DNA of 61,984 nt, the filler included, from a candidate division TA06 bacterium SM23_40 (GTDB lineage: Bacteria > LJUI01 > SM1-40), in NCBI GenBank assembly GCA_001303705.1. It is 5 parts of 5 records of this genome, joined end to end, with 100 filler letters (N's around TTAATTAATTAA, not from the genome) between each part and the next. Parts side by side here need not be neighbours in the genome. Positions count along the whole stretch, not along the records: positions 1 to 11,480 come from LJUI01000078.1; 4 more parts are not named here. One strand, 5' to 3'. The position numbers were made by a program, and so were the translations under genes. This document shows positions 1 to 9,885 of the stretch, in pieces (within the stretch, counting starts at the first letter, position 1; each line of letters starts with the position of its first letter). The notes under the pieces are model-generated. The model saw nothing but the letters and a program-made list of their open reading frames with translations, made no database searches and was not told the origin of the DNA.

Positions 1-248
1 CCCTGGAGGTCCAGAGCTTCTACGCGATTGGGGAGGTGATGCTGCCGAACGGCAACCCGTATACTGGCAATCCCGTGGTGGGGCCGCGGTCCATCACCCT
101 CCAGCCGGGTGGGTCCGCAACAGCACATGTAACGCACTTCATCCCATATAGCGCTCCTCTGGGGACGTACATCTACACGGGGACGATAGGGCTGCCGCCT
201 GATATCGTAATCGACAGCGACAGCTTCCAGTTTATCGTAACGCCATAG
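1..248 (+). CDS. 3' end of a protein (5'-truncated at window edge) consisting of the shared ~110-aa C-terminal domain
   Basis: Frame open from base 3; LPNGNPYTGNPVVGP...HFIPYSAPLGTYIYTGTIGLPP...DSDSFQF matches the C-termini of seven other ORFs in the window. Confidence 0.85.
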   Translation, partial: LEVQSFYAIGEVMLPNGNPYTGNPVVGPRSITLQPGGSATAHVTHFIPYSAPLGTYIYTGTIGLPPDIVIDSDSFQFIVTP

Positions 249-438
249 CGCGAGTTATGGCCCTGTAATGTGAATCACAATGTGAGTCGATGTCCACGGA
301 GTATCCACGAAACCCGGCGGACATGAGTACGAGGCAGATGGTCTGCCTTGAGAGCTGGACCTCTTCTGCTTTGTGCTCACGTCAGCCACTGTGTCCGTAG
401 TGACTATTTCCGCAACATACAGGAAAAAGGAGCAGACC

Positions 439-3132
439 ATGAAACGGACAGCCCTCTTGCTCGCACCCCTCGCTGCACTCGTCTTCGGCATATCCATTGT
501 GGCTGTGCCCGGTGCGCTTGCCGGCATAGCCTCCGGTGACGAGGCGCTCCACCTTGTCCTCGACCAGGTCCTCGATAACGACACAAAGGGAAAGCGCGTC
601 TTCGTCTCATCTGAGTGTTTCTCCCCCGGGACACCGATCCACTCTTGGAAGGGTGAGATCTTCACCACCGATACGTATGGCTGGGTCGTCTTCATCGACG
701 ATATGGCAGCCGCGAACTGGGAGCATCCCGCACGATACGTATTCGTGGAGCGCGAAACCGGGTCCCTGCGCGTGTACCATGCCATGGTCCCGTTCAGGGA
801 TGAGGATGGGTACCGGGAGTACCCCACCGAGATGCAGCGGCTCGTGCTCGAAGCTCAGCAGCACCGCCTCTCCTTCGAGGGCCTCCCCAAGGCGCCCCCT
901 CGCGACGTGGGCATCAACTACGCCGTGCTCATGAGCGGCGGCGCCAGCATGTCGAACAACCATATTCGCTACTGGAACGACCTCTCGAACCTGTATATCG
1001 GACTGAATGTGCTGTATGGGTACCTCGACGAGAACATCTACGTCCTCTGCTCCGATGGCCTCGATCCGGCACCCGACCGGAGCAACGGGACGAACTCGCC
1101 TCCCGATCTCGACGGAGACGGGGATGACGACATCGACTATTCCTGCATCAAGGCCAATATCCAGCTCGTCTTCGATGAACTCGCCTCCATTATCACGCCA
1201 GAAGATCAACTCTTCGTCTTCACCACCGATCACGGCGGTTCCAACTCAGGGTGGAACGTCTATCTCAACCTCTGGAACTGGGAAGAGCTCCAGGATTGGG
1301 AGCTGAGAGATATGGTCGATGCTCTCCCGCCGTGTAACATGATCTTCACCATGGAGCAGTGCTACAGCGGCGGGTTCATGGACGATGTCTGCTGGGATCA
1401 TGACGGCCGAGTCTTCTCGTCGGCATGTCGGTACGACGAGGTTTCATACGCGTCAATGAACCTCGAATACGACGAGTATGTCTTTCACTGGACGGCCGCG
1501 GTGCGATGGGAGGACGCGTACGGAAATCCTGTCGATGCCGACCTCAATTCAGACGGGCTCATCGACATGGAGGAGGCATTCATTTACGCCGAGGCTCATG
1601 ATGTTCGACCAGAGACTCCGCAGTATGACGATAGACCAGAAGGCCTCGGAGCCTTGCTCACGCTCTTCGGCGGCATGCAGCTCGGCTTTATCGAGGGCTA
1701 CGTGACGGATGCAAACACGAGCCTCGGACTCGAAGCAGAGGTGGAGGTCCTGGGAGCCGGCCGGGGCACAAGCTGCGATACGAGCGGGTACTATCACCTC
1801 GTCGTGGAGGCGGAGACAACCTATACACTCGAGGCAAGCTGTTTCGGCTATGTCTCGGCGCAGGGGTCGATCTTCGTCCCCGAGGGCCAAACCGTTCAGC
1901 TCGATTTCGCGCTCGATCCCGCGGCCACCGGGACGCTCGAGGGAACGGTCACGAGCACCCAGACCTTCCTCCCCATAGAGGGAGCGGAGATCACCATCCT
2001 CGAGACGCCGCTCGATCCGGTGTACACGAATGCACAGGGGTTCTATGCACTCGACCTGCCCGGAGGTGCGAGTTACGACGTCCGCGCCTCGGCGCTCGGT
2101 CACGAACCACAGGTGGCCGAGGCGGTGTACGTGGCACAGGGCACCACGACCACGCTCGATTTCGCCCTCAATCCCTGGCCCAGGATCTTGATCTGGGAGG
2201 CTGACCTCTCTCCCGTAAGCGGAGCCAGACAACAGGAGGCACTCGCCGCGCGAGGATTGGGCTCCATCATCTCGACCGATCTCCTAACCTTCGGCGATCT
2301 CAGCTACTTCGACGCCGTCTTCGTCAATGTCGGCATCTACCCGTCGAACTACGTGATTCCGGAGAATTCGGCCGAGGCATTGGCCTTCGAGACATACATC
2401 GAGAACGGCGGTAACGCGTACCTCGAGGGCGGCGACGTCTGGTACTACGATCCGATGGTCGGGGGCCACGACTTCGCCCCGCTCTTCTCGATCAACGCCA
2501 CGGCCGACGGGAGCGCCGATCTGAACTCGGTAGCGGGCCAGGCCAACACTCTGATGCCCGGCGTTGGCGGCATGTGGTTCAACTACACGGGAGAAAACAA
2601 CTGGATAGACCACATCATGCCGATCTCGCCGGCCGAGCTCGTCTTCAGCAATGCAGAGAACAGTGACCCCATAGCCGTGGCGAATGCCAACTCGTACGGC
2701 GGCCATACGCTCGGCGCATCGTTCGAGTTTGGCGGATTGGTGGATGGATCATCTACGCGTGAGGCGCTGATGGCGGAGATCGTCGAGTTCTTCGGCCTGA
2801 CGCTCAGTCTCGATCTCGTCCCTGATGCGGTCACCGTGCACCGGGGTGAGAGCCTCGGGTTCACGGCGAACATCACCAACCACGGGCTCACGCAGCAATC
2901 CATATACGGGTTGGGCGAGGTCACCCTCCCCAGCGGCAATCCGTATCCCGGGAATCCAGTCGACGGTCCTGTGTTGATCACGCTCGAGCCGGGCGAAACG
3001 AAGACGATCTATCGGTCTCACATCGTGCCGGAAATCGCCCCGCTGGGGGAGTACACCTATACGGGAAAGCTCGGGCTGCCGCCCGACAATCTGTTGGCAG
3101 AGGATGAATTCCACTTCATCGTCGAGCCATGA
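439..3132 (+). CDS. Secreted C13 (legumain/clan CD)-like cysteine peptidase with two carboxypeptidase-regulatory-like beta-sandwich repeats, a ~200-aa shared module and the shared C-terminal domain
   Basis: SD AAGGAG before ATG 439; signal peptide MKRTALLLAPLAAL; FVFTTDHGG (His) and MEQCYSGGF (Cys) dyad motifs; two GxxxGxVT...GAEI/AEV...GxYxL repeats. Confidence 0.8.
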   Translation: MKRTALLLAPLAALVFGISIVAVPGALAGIASGDEALHLVLDQVLDNDTKGKRVFVSSECFSPGTPIHSWKGEIFTTDTYGWVVFIDDMAAANWEHPARYVFVERETGSLRVYHAMVPFRDEDGYREYPTEMQRLVLEAQQHRLSFEGLPKAPPRDVGINYAVLMSGGASMSNNHIRYWNDLSNLYIGLNVLYGYLDENIYVLCSDGLDPAPDRSNGTNSPPDLDGDGDDDIDYSCIKANIQLVFDELASIITPEDQLFVFTTDHGGSNSGWNVYLNLWNWEELQDWELRDMVDALPPCNMIFTMEQCYSGGFMDDVCWDHDGRVFSSACRYDEVSYASMNLEYDEYVFHWTAAVRWEDAYGNPVDADLNSDGLIDMEEAFIYAEAHDVRPETPQYDDRPEGLGALLTLFGGMQLGFIEGYVTDANTSLGLEAEVEVLGAGRGTSCDTSGYYHLVVEAETTYTLEASCFGYVSAQGSIFVPEGQTVQLDFALDPAATGTLEGTVTSTQTFLPIEGAEITILETPLDPVYTNAQGFYALDLPGGASYDVRASALGHEPQVAEAVYVAQGTTTTLDFALNPWPRILIWEADLSPVSGARQQEALAARGLGSIISTDLLTFGDLSYFDAVFVNVGIYPSNYVIPENSAEALAFETYIENGGNAYLEGGDVWYYDPMVGGHDFAPLFSINATADGSADLNSVAGQANTLMPGVGGMWFNYTGENNWIDHIMPISPAELVFSNAENSDPIAVANANSYGGHTLGASFEFGGLVDGSSTREALMAEIVEFFGLTLSLDLVPDAVTVHRGESLGFTANITNHGLTQQSIYGLGEVTLPSGNPYPGNPVDGPVLITLEPGETKTIYRSHIVPEIAPLGEYTYTGKLGLPPDNLLAEDEFHFIVEP

Positions 3133-3277
3133 TGCAGATGGCGTTAGTAGGTGGCGGCGTTAGCAATCGAAGACCGATTCGCACAAGATTGAGTTCACCG
3201 GCCTCGCCCCTGCAGCACTGCTCCGGGATCGAGCCCCTGTTCCGGGCGGCAGCTGCGAACGTGAAAGGAGAGTTACG

Positions 3278-5341
3278 ATGAAGCCAGCACACTTCGTTGC
3301 TTCACTCATCGCCCTAGCGGCTCTTTCAGCCGCTGCCTGGGGATCTCAGCCCACGCCCCTTCAGGGCCCTCCAGAGGTCCCCTATCCTGTCTGGCATGAC
3401 AAGCCGTTCACTCTCTTTCCCGGCCCCCACGGGTTGGGCGACGAGGGCCGCGAGCCGGATGACTTCGACGTACTCGCCTACGACACGGATATGGAGATCG
3501 ATTTCCCATCGCAGACGATCGACGCCATAGAACTGCTCACCATCGAGAGCCTCATCGATGATCTCACGCAGGTGGAGCTGGACCTCGTCGACCTGACAGT
3601 CGACTATGTGCTGCGCGACGGGAATATCGTCGCATTCAGCCACGTGGGGGATGTACTCACGATCAGCCTCGATGTTCCGTTCAATACGGGTGAGGTCTTC
3701 ACCCTGGAAATCGGGTACCACGGCCATCCCGGCCATGAATCGTGGGGAGGCTTCTTCTTCACCTATGGCGCCTATGGAGCCAAGATCGTCTTCAACGTTG
3801 GGGCGGGCCTGTATGTTGATCCCCCGTCCATGGGCCGATACTGGATCCCTTCACACGATGTGCCCCACGATAAGGCGACTTCGGAAATGCGCGTCACCGT
3901 TCCCCTTGGTTGGACGGTGGGCTCCAACGGGCTCCTCGTGAGCGTCGACACGCTGGCCTCGGATGTGACATGGCACTGGTCGGAGCCGCATCAGATCGCG
4001 ACGTACTTGATCTCTATGGCTGCGTGCGAGAACTACACAACCTTCTCCCACTACTACCATCCGGATCGTCAGGACAGTATGGAAGTGATCTACTTCGTCT
4101 ATCCGCAGGATCTCTCGAAGGCGCAGATCGACTTCCAGAATGTCGTCGACATGATCGACTTCTACTCGAGCACCTATTATCCCTATCCGTTCGATAAGTA
4201 CGGCATAGCAGAGGTGGTCCTGAGCGGCGCCATGGAGCACCAGACGTTGACGGCATACGGGCAGAGCCTGATCACAGGTAATCTGCAATATGAGTGGATC
4301 ACCGCCCATGAGCTAGCGCACATGTGGTGGGGAGACATGGTGACACTCGGCGACTGGCGGGACATCTGGCTCAACGAGGGGTTCGCGTCGTACTTCGATC
4401 CACTGTACGTGGAGTACAAGTACGGCTGGAATGCTTTCCAGGCCCGGATGGCGTCCTATCGCAATTCGTACTTCATAGAGGATCAGTGGTCCCGCTTTCC
4501 GATCTACGATCCCCTCTGGATGTGGGGAGCGACGGTGTACGACAAAGGGGCGTGGGTGCTCCACATGCTGCGCTACGTGGTGGGTCATGATACCTTCGTC
4601 GATATCATGTACACCTATGCCGACACGTATACGTATGGCGTCGCCGTGACCCCGGACTTCCAGGGAGTCTGCGAACAGGTCTCGGGCCTCGACCTCGAGT
4701 GGTTTTTCCAGCAGTGGATCTATGAGGCAGGGTATCCGGAGTATGAGTACAGCTGGTATCAGGCGCCCCTGCCGAACGGGAAGCACATGGTGGGGGTACA
4801 CATCGACCAGGTGCAGCAGAATGCGCCTGTCTTCACGATGCCCCTGGAGATTACGATCGAGACGACGGGCGGAGAGGTCACCGAACGGATCGACATAGAC
4901 TCCGACTCGGTGGATTGGAATACGATGGTTGCCGACGCCCCGACAGATGTACTCGTCGACCGAGATAACTGGGTGCTAAAGAAGAGCACGGAGGTTTTGC
5001 CCCCGACGATCGGGATCGCCACCGCCCCCAAAGGCGGCGCCATACAGATCCCGCCCCAGGGCGGGAGCTTCGAGTACTGGGCGGTCGTCACCAATACCAC
5101 CGGCTCGGGCCAGGACTTCAGGGCCTGGACCGACGTGACGCTCCCGGGCGGCGGAACCTATGGCCCGGTCGTCGGACCGATCACGATCCATCTGGATCCG
5201 GGTCAGACGGTCGTCGTGTCCCGCTCCGAGTATGTGCCCGGCGGAGCCGGCCCGGGTATCTACTGCTATAATGCGTATGTCGCCGATCTCGGCATGAATG
5301 TCATGGACCAGTCGAGCTTCCCGTTCGAGAAGCTCCAATAA
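3278..5341 (+). CDS. Secreted M1-family zinc aminopeptidase with a variant of the shared C-terminal domain
   Basis: SD AAGGAG; signal peptide; GAMEH, HELAH-x18-E (NEGFA) and YDKG motifs. Confidence 0.92.
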   Translation: MKPAHFVASLIALAALSAAAWGSQPTPLQGPPEVPYPVWHDKPFTLFPGPHGLGDEGREPDDFDVLAYDTDMEIDFPSQTIDAIELLTIESLIDDLTQVELDLVDLTVDYVLRDGNIVAFSHVGDVLTISLDVPFNTGEVFTLEIGYHGHPGHESWGGFFFTYGAYGAKIVFNVGAGLYVDPPSMGRYWIPSHDVPHDKATSEMRVTVPLGWTVGSNGLLVSVDTLASDVTWHWSEPHQIATYLISMAACENYTTFSHYYHPDRQDSMEVIYFVYPQDLSKAQIDFQNVVDMIDFYSSTYYPYPFDKYGIAEVVLSGAMEHQTLTAYGQSLITGNLQYEWITAHELAHMWWGDMVTLGDWRDIWLNEGFASYFDPLYVEYKYGWNAFQARMASYRNSYFIEDQWSRFPIYDPLWMWGATVYDKGAWVLHMLRYVVGHDTFVDIMYTYADTYTYGVAVTPDFQGVCEQVSGLDLEWFFQQWIYEAGYPEYEYSWYQAPLPNGKHMVGVHIDQVQQNAPVFTMPLEITIETTGGEVTERIDIDSDSVDWNTMVADAPTDVLVDRDNWVLKKSTEVLPPTIGIATAPKGGAIQIPPQGGSFEYWAVVTNTTGSGQDFRAWTDVTLPGGGTYGPVVGPITIHLDPGQTVVVSRSEYVPGGAGPGIYCYNAYVADLGMNVMDQSSFPFEKLQ

Positions 5342-5474
5342 GGCTTCAATAGAGAGAACAGGTGCGGTGGGCTGCGATGCGGTCGATACCGGCAGATGAA
5401 GGGCCAACTTGCGGCAGGACCGGTCTGAATCGACTCATCGCAGCTCCCGATTTCCTGGGCCGGGATACTGGAAC

Positions 5475-5600
5475 GAGTTCACGGACCAGAAGGTTCACGG
5501 ACCAGGAGGTTCATGGACCAGGAGGTTCATGGACCAGGAGGTCCCCGAACCAGGAGGTTCCCGGATCTGGAGGGCCCCGAACCAAGAGGTTCCCGGACCA
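5475..5600. repeat. Degenerate 16-bp tandem repeat (GGTTCAYGGACCAGGA, about 8 units), intergenic
   Basis: Visible period-16 units ggttcacggaccagaa / ggttcacggaccagga / ggttcatggaccagga / ggtccccgaaccagga. Confidence 0.85.
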
Positions 5601-5625
5601 CGGGGAGAACGGAGGAGAATGTACC

Positions 5626-7377
5626 ATGAGGCTATTGAGTTGGGCGGCGAACCCGTGCCTGGCAGTGCTGCTCGCACTGATCATCTCCGGCCTTGGGAGC
5701 GAGGCCCTGGCCGCGATCCCCCTCGAGACGAGCCCGGCCTGGACGTCAATCGACGACAACTACTCGACCGGGGGCTTCTGGGGCGACATCGACGGAGACG
5801 GCTGGCTCGATCTCGCTGTCGGGAACGGCAACGACATGGATTTCGATCCCGACAACGTCTTTTTCAATCAGGAGGGTATGCTCGAGCTGACGCCGTCCTG
5901 GGTCTCGAGTGACCTCAACTGCGGAGCTCACATACACCTCGGCGACATCGACAAGGATGGAGGCCTCGACCTCGCTATCGGGAATCTCGGATACTACCTC
6001 CAGGGATTCCCTCCTCTGGCCGATGAGGTCTACTTCAATCAGGGGACTACATTCGAGCTCCTTCCGTCCTGGCAGACAGACGACGTCAACAATACGTTCG
6101 GAATCGCCCTCGGCGACCCGAATGGCGACGGCTACCTGGACTTCACGGCTGCGAATGGGATGGGGTATACGAGCACTCCGCAGGCCAACGACATCTACTT
6201 CAACAGCGGCGGAATCCTAGAAACAAGCCCCTCGTGGACCTCGGACGAGATCGACAATTCGATGGATGTGGCCTGGGGTGACATCGACAACGACGGGGAT
6301 CTGGACCTGGCCGTGGGAAACGAGCTGACGTTCGACCGCGTCTACTACAACAATGACGGTGTCGTCGAGACGTCCGCCTCATGGAGCAGCACGTACAACG
6401 ACGACGCGATCGCCATCGCCTGGGGCGACGTTGACGGAGATGGGTATCTTGATCTGGCGGTGGCAAACAACGATCAGCTGGGGGGGAGCGGGTACTTCAC
6501 GCTGTACGAGAATCAGGGAGGGTCCCTCTCCTCAATGCCGATCTGGTACAGCCAGTGGGCCGGCTATGCGTCGTACGTCTCGTTCGCGGATGTGGACAAT
6601 GATGAGGATTTCGATCTGGCCGCCGGAGGCTGGTGGGAGCCGTGCAGGATCTACGAGAATGTCAACGGATCCCTGACGACATGGCCTGCCTGGACCTCGG
6701 CAACATCGAGCGTGATCGAGGCGATGGTCTGGGGCGACGTCGATAACGACGGGTTGGTGACGGTATACGAGGAGGCGAAGTATGCTGATGGCGTGATGAA
6801 GGTCTTCTACGTCGATCATTGGCCATTCCATGAGCTTCTCGACGTAACCGTGGGCGGCACGAGCCTCCCGATCACCGAGTTCTGCTACGACCCGAACTCG
6901 GGCTGGATATCGCTCGCAGCTCCGCCGCCGGTCGGATACAGCGTCAGTTTCACATACCGCTATTCAGAGGATCTCGATCTTGCTGTGACCAACTGGGACC
7001 ACTACGTCGGCAACTACCTGTTCCTCAACTCACCGGACTATCCGGAGATCACGGTACGCTTCACTACCTACGAGGCCTCTGTGCCCCGAGGAGGAGAACT
7101 CGACTACTGGGCAGAGGTGACGAACCACACGGCTCAGCCACAAACCTTCTGGGGCGCGGCCTACCTGACCCTGCCCAACGGGAACCCCTATCAGGGCAAT
7201 CCGATCGTCGGGCCGGTCCAGATCACCCTCAGTTCTCACGAGTCGAGAGAGGTACACATGACGCACGACGTACCGCCGACCACCCCCCTCGGGACGTTCA
7301 CCTACACCGTCAAGGTCGGCCATCCACCGAACACCCTCATCGACTCCGACACATTCACCTTCACCACCCTCCCCTAA
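5626..7377 (+). CDS. Secreted FG-GAP/VCBS-repeat beta-propeller protein with the shared C-terminal domain
   Basis: SD GGAGGAG before ATG 5626; signal peptide; about seven WGDxDxDGxLDLAV repeats. Confidence 0.88.
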   Translation: MRLLSWAANPCLAVLLALIISGLGSEALAAIPLETSPAWTSIDDNYSTGGFWGDIDGDGWLDLAVGNGNDMDFDPDNVFFNQEGMLELTPSWVSSDLNCGAHIHLGDIDKDGGLDLAIGNLGYYLQGFPPLADEVYFNQGTTFELLPSWQTDDVNNTFGIALGDPNGDGYLDFTAANGMGYTSTPQANDIYFNSGGILETSPSWTSDEIDNSMDVAWGDIDNDGDLDLAVGNELTFDRVYYNNDGVVETSASWSSTYNDDAIAIAWGDVDGDGYLDLAVANNDQLGGSGYFTLYENQGGSLSSMPIWYSQWAGYASYVSFADVDNDEDFDLAAGGWWEPCRIYENVNGSLTTWPAWTSATSSVIEAMVWGDVDNDGLVTVYEEAKYADGVMKVFYVDHWPFHELLDVTVGGTSLPITEFCYDPNSGWISLAAPPPVGYSVSFTYRYSEDLDLAVTNWDHYVGNYLFLNSPDYPEITVRFTTYEASVPRGGELDYWAEVTNHTAQPQTFWGAAYLTLPNGNPYQGNPIVGPVQITLSSHESREVHMTHDVPPTTPLGTFTYTVKVGHPPNTLIDSDTFTFTTLP

Positions 7378-7382
7378 CCAAC

Positions 7383-7496
7383 CGGGGACGTTGGTAGGTT
7401 CGGAAGGTTACTGCCTAAACAATCGGGGACGTTGGTAGGTTCGGAAGGTTACCATACAGAAACGGTTCCATAACCTTCTGTTCCTACCAACGTCCC
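7383..7496. repeat. REP-like cluster: two direct and one inverted ~28-bp copies (GGGGACGTTGGTAGGTTCGGAAGGTTA)
   Basis: Copies at 7383-7411 and 7424-7452; inverted copy at 7471-7496; starts just after a stop codon. Confidence 0.85.
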
Positions 7497-7513
7497 TTTC
7501 GATACATTTTGTG

Positions 7514-7542
7514 TTGACGTGGGGGCTTTGCTGGTGTACAGT
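7514..7542 (+). promoter_or_regulatory. Candidate sigma70 promoter
   Basis: TTGACG-N17-TACAGT, about 310 nt upstream of ATG 7859. Confidence 0.5.
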
Positions 7543-7858
7543 CACTATCAGGGGTCCCGACGAAGTCGACTGTGGAGGTGGGTCTAAGAGGGGCCAGTTC
7601 AGGGATTTGCACGACCAACAGCAGGGCGCCCCGCTGCCCGGGCCTGTTCTGACTGTCTCAAGTACGGCTTACTATTCGCCAGACGCGGCTTCGAACGAAA
7701 CCCGATGCCCTCCCATCGACCCGAGCAGCAGTGCTCGGGTCTCTCTATTCGCGGCCCGGGGCGAGACCATTCCGTGCTTGTCTTCGCCGATTCGGGAAGA
7801 GAGTCGTCTGTCGGTGTGACGGAGATCTTGAATCGGCGAACGAGGAGGTGATGTTAGA

Positions 7859-9700
7859 ATGCTGCGGAGCATTGTTGTCCTGAGTGTAGGTTCTGCGCTC
7901 GCGCTGGCACTCTGGGTGCCGGCGACCCTGCAGGCTGTGGGGGATGCACATCCGGCTGCTCCGGTGAGGAGCGATGACGCGGTGGAATGGTCCGCCGGAG
8001 CCATTGAGAGCGAGTTCCCCAACACCCAGAGCATCGACCACGATATCGGCCAGCTCTGGCTCACGGTGACGAACTGGGGGTGTTTCGGTCCGAGCTATCC
8101 CGGCTATCAGGCCGGATGCGTCTTCCCCGCCGGGTCGAACACGACCTATCTCTATTGGGGAACGCTGTGGATCGGATCTATCGACGATACGGGTGACACG
8201 CTCGTGACCGCAGCCTGGGAGTACGACGAGTGGCCACTGCCGTGGTCTGGATGGTGTTTCCTCCCCGGGCCGCTCGACGGGATCGACGACGAGAAGGACA
8301 GCGTTCGGGTGGAGCAGGTGATCTCGGAGCAGGACTATATCGCTTGCTACAGTGACACGGCTACTCACGAAACGTGGCCTGATTACGTTGGTCCCGGTCA
8401 CACGCCGCAGGGAATCGAGGTGACGCAGCGGACTTACGCGTGGGGTCGCTCCCACCTGGAGGATTTCGTCGTCCTCGACTTCTCGCTGAAGAATGTAGGC
8501 TTCAGAACTCTCCACAACGTGTACATGGCACTCCACATGGACCCCGACTGTGGTCATTGGTTGGATCAGCCCATGTGGGAGACAGGCTGGGACGATGTGA
8601 CCGGCTTGCGGCGGTGGCGCGCTCCTGGTGACACGCTGTGGCCCGGAGGGACGACGTTCTACTCCGACCTCTATCCTGGAGGGATCGATGTCGGGGGAGA
8701 GGCGAAGGTCGAGTCTCCCACTGACTGTATCAATCTAGCGTGGGCTGCCGATGGTTCAGGGGTATCGGATCCCGATCGGTGGCACACGCCGTGTGCAACC
8801 GGGATGAGACTGCTGCGCGCGTCGAACCCGTGTGCGGAGATAGCATACAACTGGTGGGCGGTGTATGAGTGGGATCCGTGGTACGGTAACGAGGAGGTGT
8901 GGGGGCCTACTGATCCCGCCAATCCCTACGACGTCGGGGTGCCGGGAAATGATGATGAGCGGTACAGGGTGATGTCCAACCGGTACATCGATCCAGATCA
9001 GCTCGACCCGGTGAATGGCTCGCACGCGGTGCCCAGGGAGACGAGCTACCTCGTCTCGGTGGGCCCGCTCCTCCCCGTGGGGGGTGACCCGCGCCATCCC
9101 GATGGGTATTCATTCGCCCCCGGGGATTCGGCATTCGTCACGCTCGTCTACACGGGGGGAGAGGAGTTCCACGAGGACTTCGTGGTTCCGTCTGGCCCCG
9201 GCTTGTACGAGGGCCACTACGACTTCGCTGACATCGCGACGAATGCGTACCTCGCATACAGGATTTTCGATACGCCCGGTCTGGACACCGATGGCGACGG
9301 GTATCGCGGAGCGTACGTCGTGTACGTCTCCGGGGACACCGTGTGGGTGACGGGCGACGGGGTCCCCGACGTGGCCGCGGCTGCCGACCCGCCCGAGGAG
9401 GAACCCGCGTCCGGGCCTCCGGCAGAGATCGGCCTCCTGGGGATGTGGCCGAATCCGTGCGAGAATCGGCTCTTGATCCGGTACGCATTGCGCGAGGCTG
9501 AGCAGGTGGAAGTGAAGATCTACAACCTGCTCGGCCAGCTCGTGGCCACGTTACTCGATCGCGTGGAAGATGCGGGGGTGCATGAGTTAGTCTGGGACAC
9601 GCGCGATGCGTCGGGAAGGGAGCTGGCCTCGGGCGTCTATTTCTGCCGGTACCTGGCCGGCCGGGTCGGGGGCAAGGCCAGCTTCGTCGTGGTGCGCTGA
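7859..9700 (+). CDS. Secreted protein with C-terminal T9SS type-A-like / FlgD-Ig sorting domain
   Basis: SD GAGGAGGTG; signal peptide; tail WPNPCE...IRYAL...VKIYNLLGQLVATL...GVHELVWD...LASGVYF. Confidence 0.85.
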   Translation: MLRSIVVLSVGSALALALWVPATLQAVGDAHPAAPVRSDDAVEWSAGAIESEFPNTQSIDHDIGQLWLTVTNWGCFGPSYPGYQAGCVFPAGSNTTYLYWGTLWIGSIDDTGDTLVTAAWEYDEWPLPWSGWCFLPGPLDGIDDEKDSVRVEQVISEQDYIACYSDTATHETWPDYVGPGHTPQGIEVTQRTYAWGRSHLEDFVVLDFSLKNVGFRTLHNVYMALHMDPDCGHWLDQPMWETGWDDVTGLRRWRAPGDTLWPGGTTFYSDLYPGGIDVGGEAKVESPTDCINLAWAADGSGVSDPDRWHTPCATGMRLLRASNPCAEIAYNWWAVYEWDPWYGNEEVWGPTDPANPYDVGVPGNDDERYRVMSNRYIDPDQLDPVNGSHAVPRETSYLVSVGPLLPVGGDPRHPDGYSFAPGDSAFVTLVYTGGEEFHEDFVVPSGPGLYEGHYDFADIATNAYLAYRIFDTPGLDTDGDGYRGAYVVYVSGDTVWVTGDGVPDVAAAADPPEEEPASGPPAEIGLLGMWPNPCENRLLIRYALREAEQVEVKIYNLLGQLVATLLDRVEDAGVHELVWDTRDASGRELASGVYFCRYLAGRVGGKASFVVVR

Positions 9701-9727
9701 GCTGGCTGAAGGCTCCGCGTTAGGAGT

Positions 9728-9884
9728 CGGGGACGTACCTGGGTTTTGAAGGTTATTGCCACAACAAGGGGGAACGTACCTAGATTTCGAAGGTTATTGG
9801 CAAGAAATGCTACGATAACCTTCAATTCCTAGGTACGTCCCCGGTGTGCGTTCAATAACCTCTATTTCCTAGGTACGTCCCCGG
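9728..9884. repeat. REP-like cluster: two direct and two inverted ~29-bp copies (GGGGACGTACCTRGRTTTYGAAGGTTATT) between convergent genes
   Basis: Copies at about 9729-9757 and 9769-9798; inverted at 9815-9842 and 9854-9882; related to the 7383 cluster. Confidence 0.85.
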
Positions 9885-9885
9885 G

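Noticed and set aside
268-298. TGTGA-containing palindrome upstream of the C13 peptidase as a CRP/FNR site
   Set aside because: Half-site spacing (TGTGA-A-TCACA) does not fit TGTGA-N6-TCACA; too weak to call
5475-5600. Possible CRISPR array
   Set aside because: 16-bp units are head-to-tail with no unique spacers, and no cas genes are present
5362-5625. 88-aa N-terminal extension of the FG-GAP ORF
   Set aside because: It reads through the 16-bp repeat; the SD and signal peptide are at ATG 5626
7383-9884. Possible mini-CRISPR or transposon ends from the ~28-bp repeats
   Set aside because: Spacers are only about 11-19 bp, copies occur in both orientations, and no transposase lies between the clusters; REP-like is a better fit
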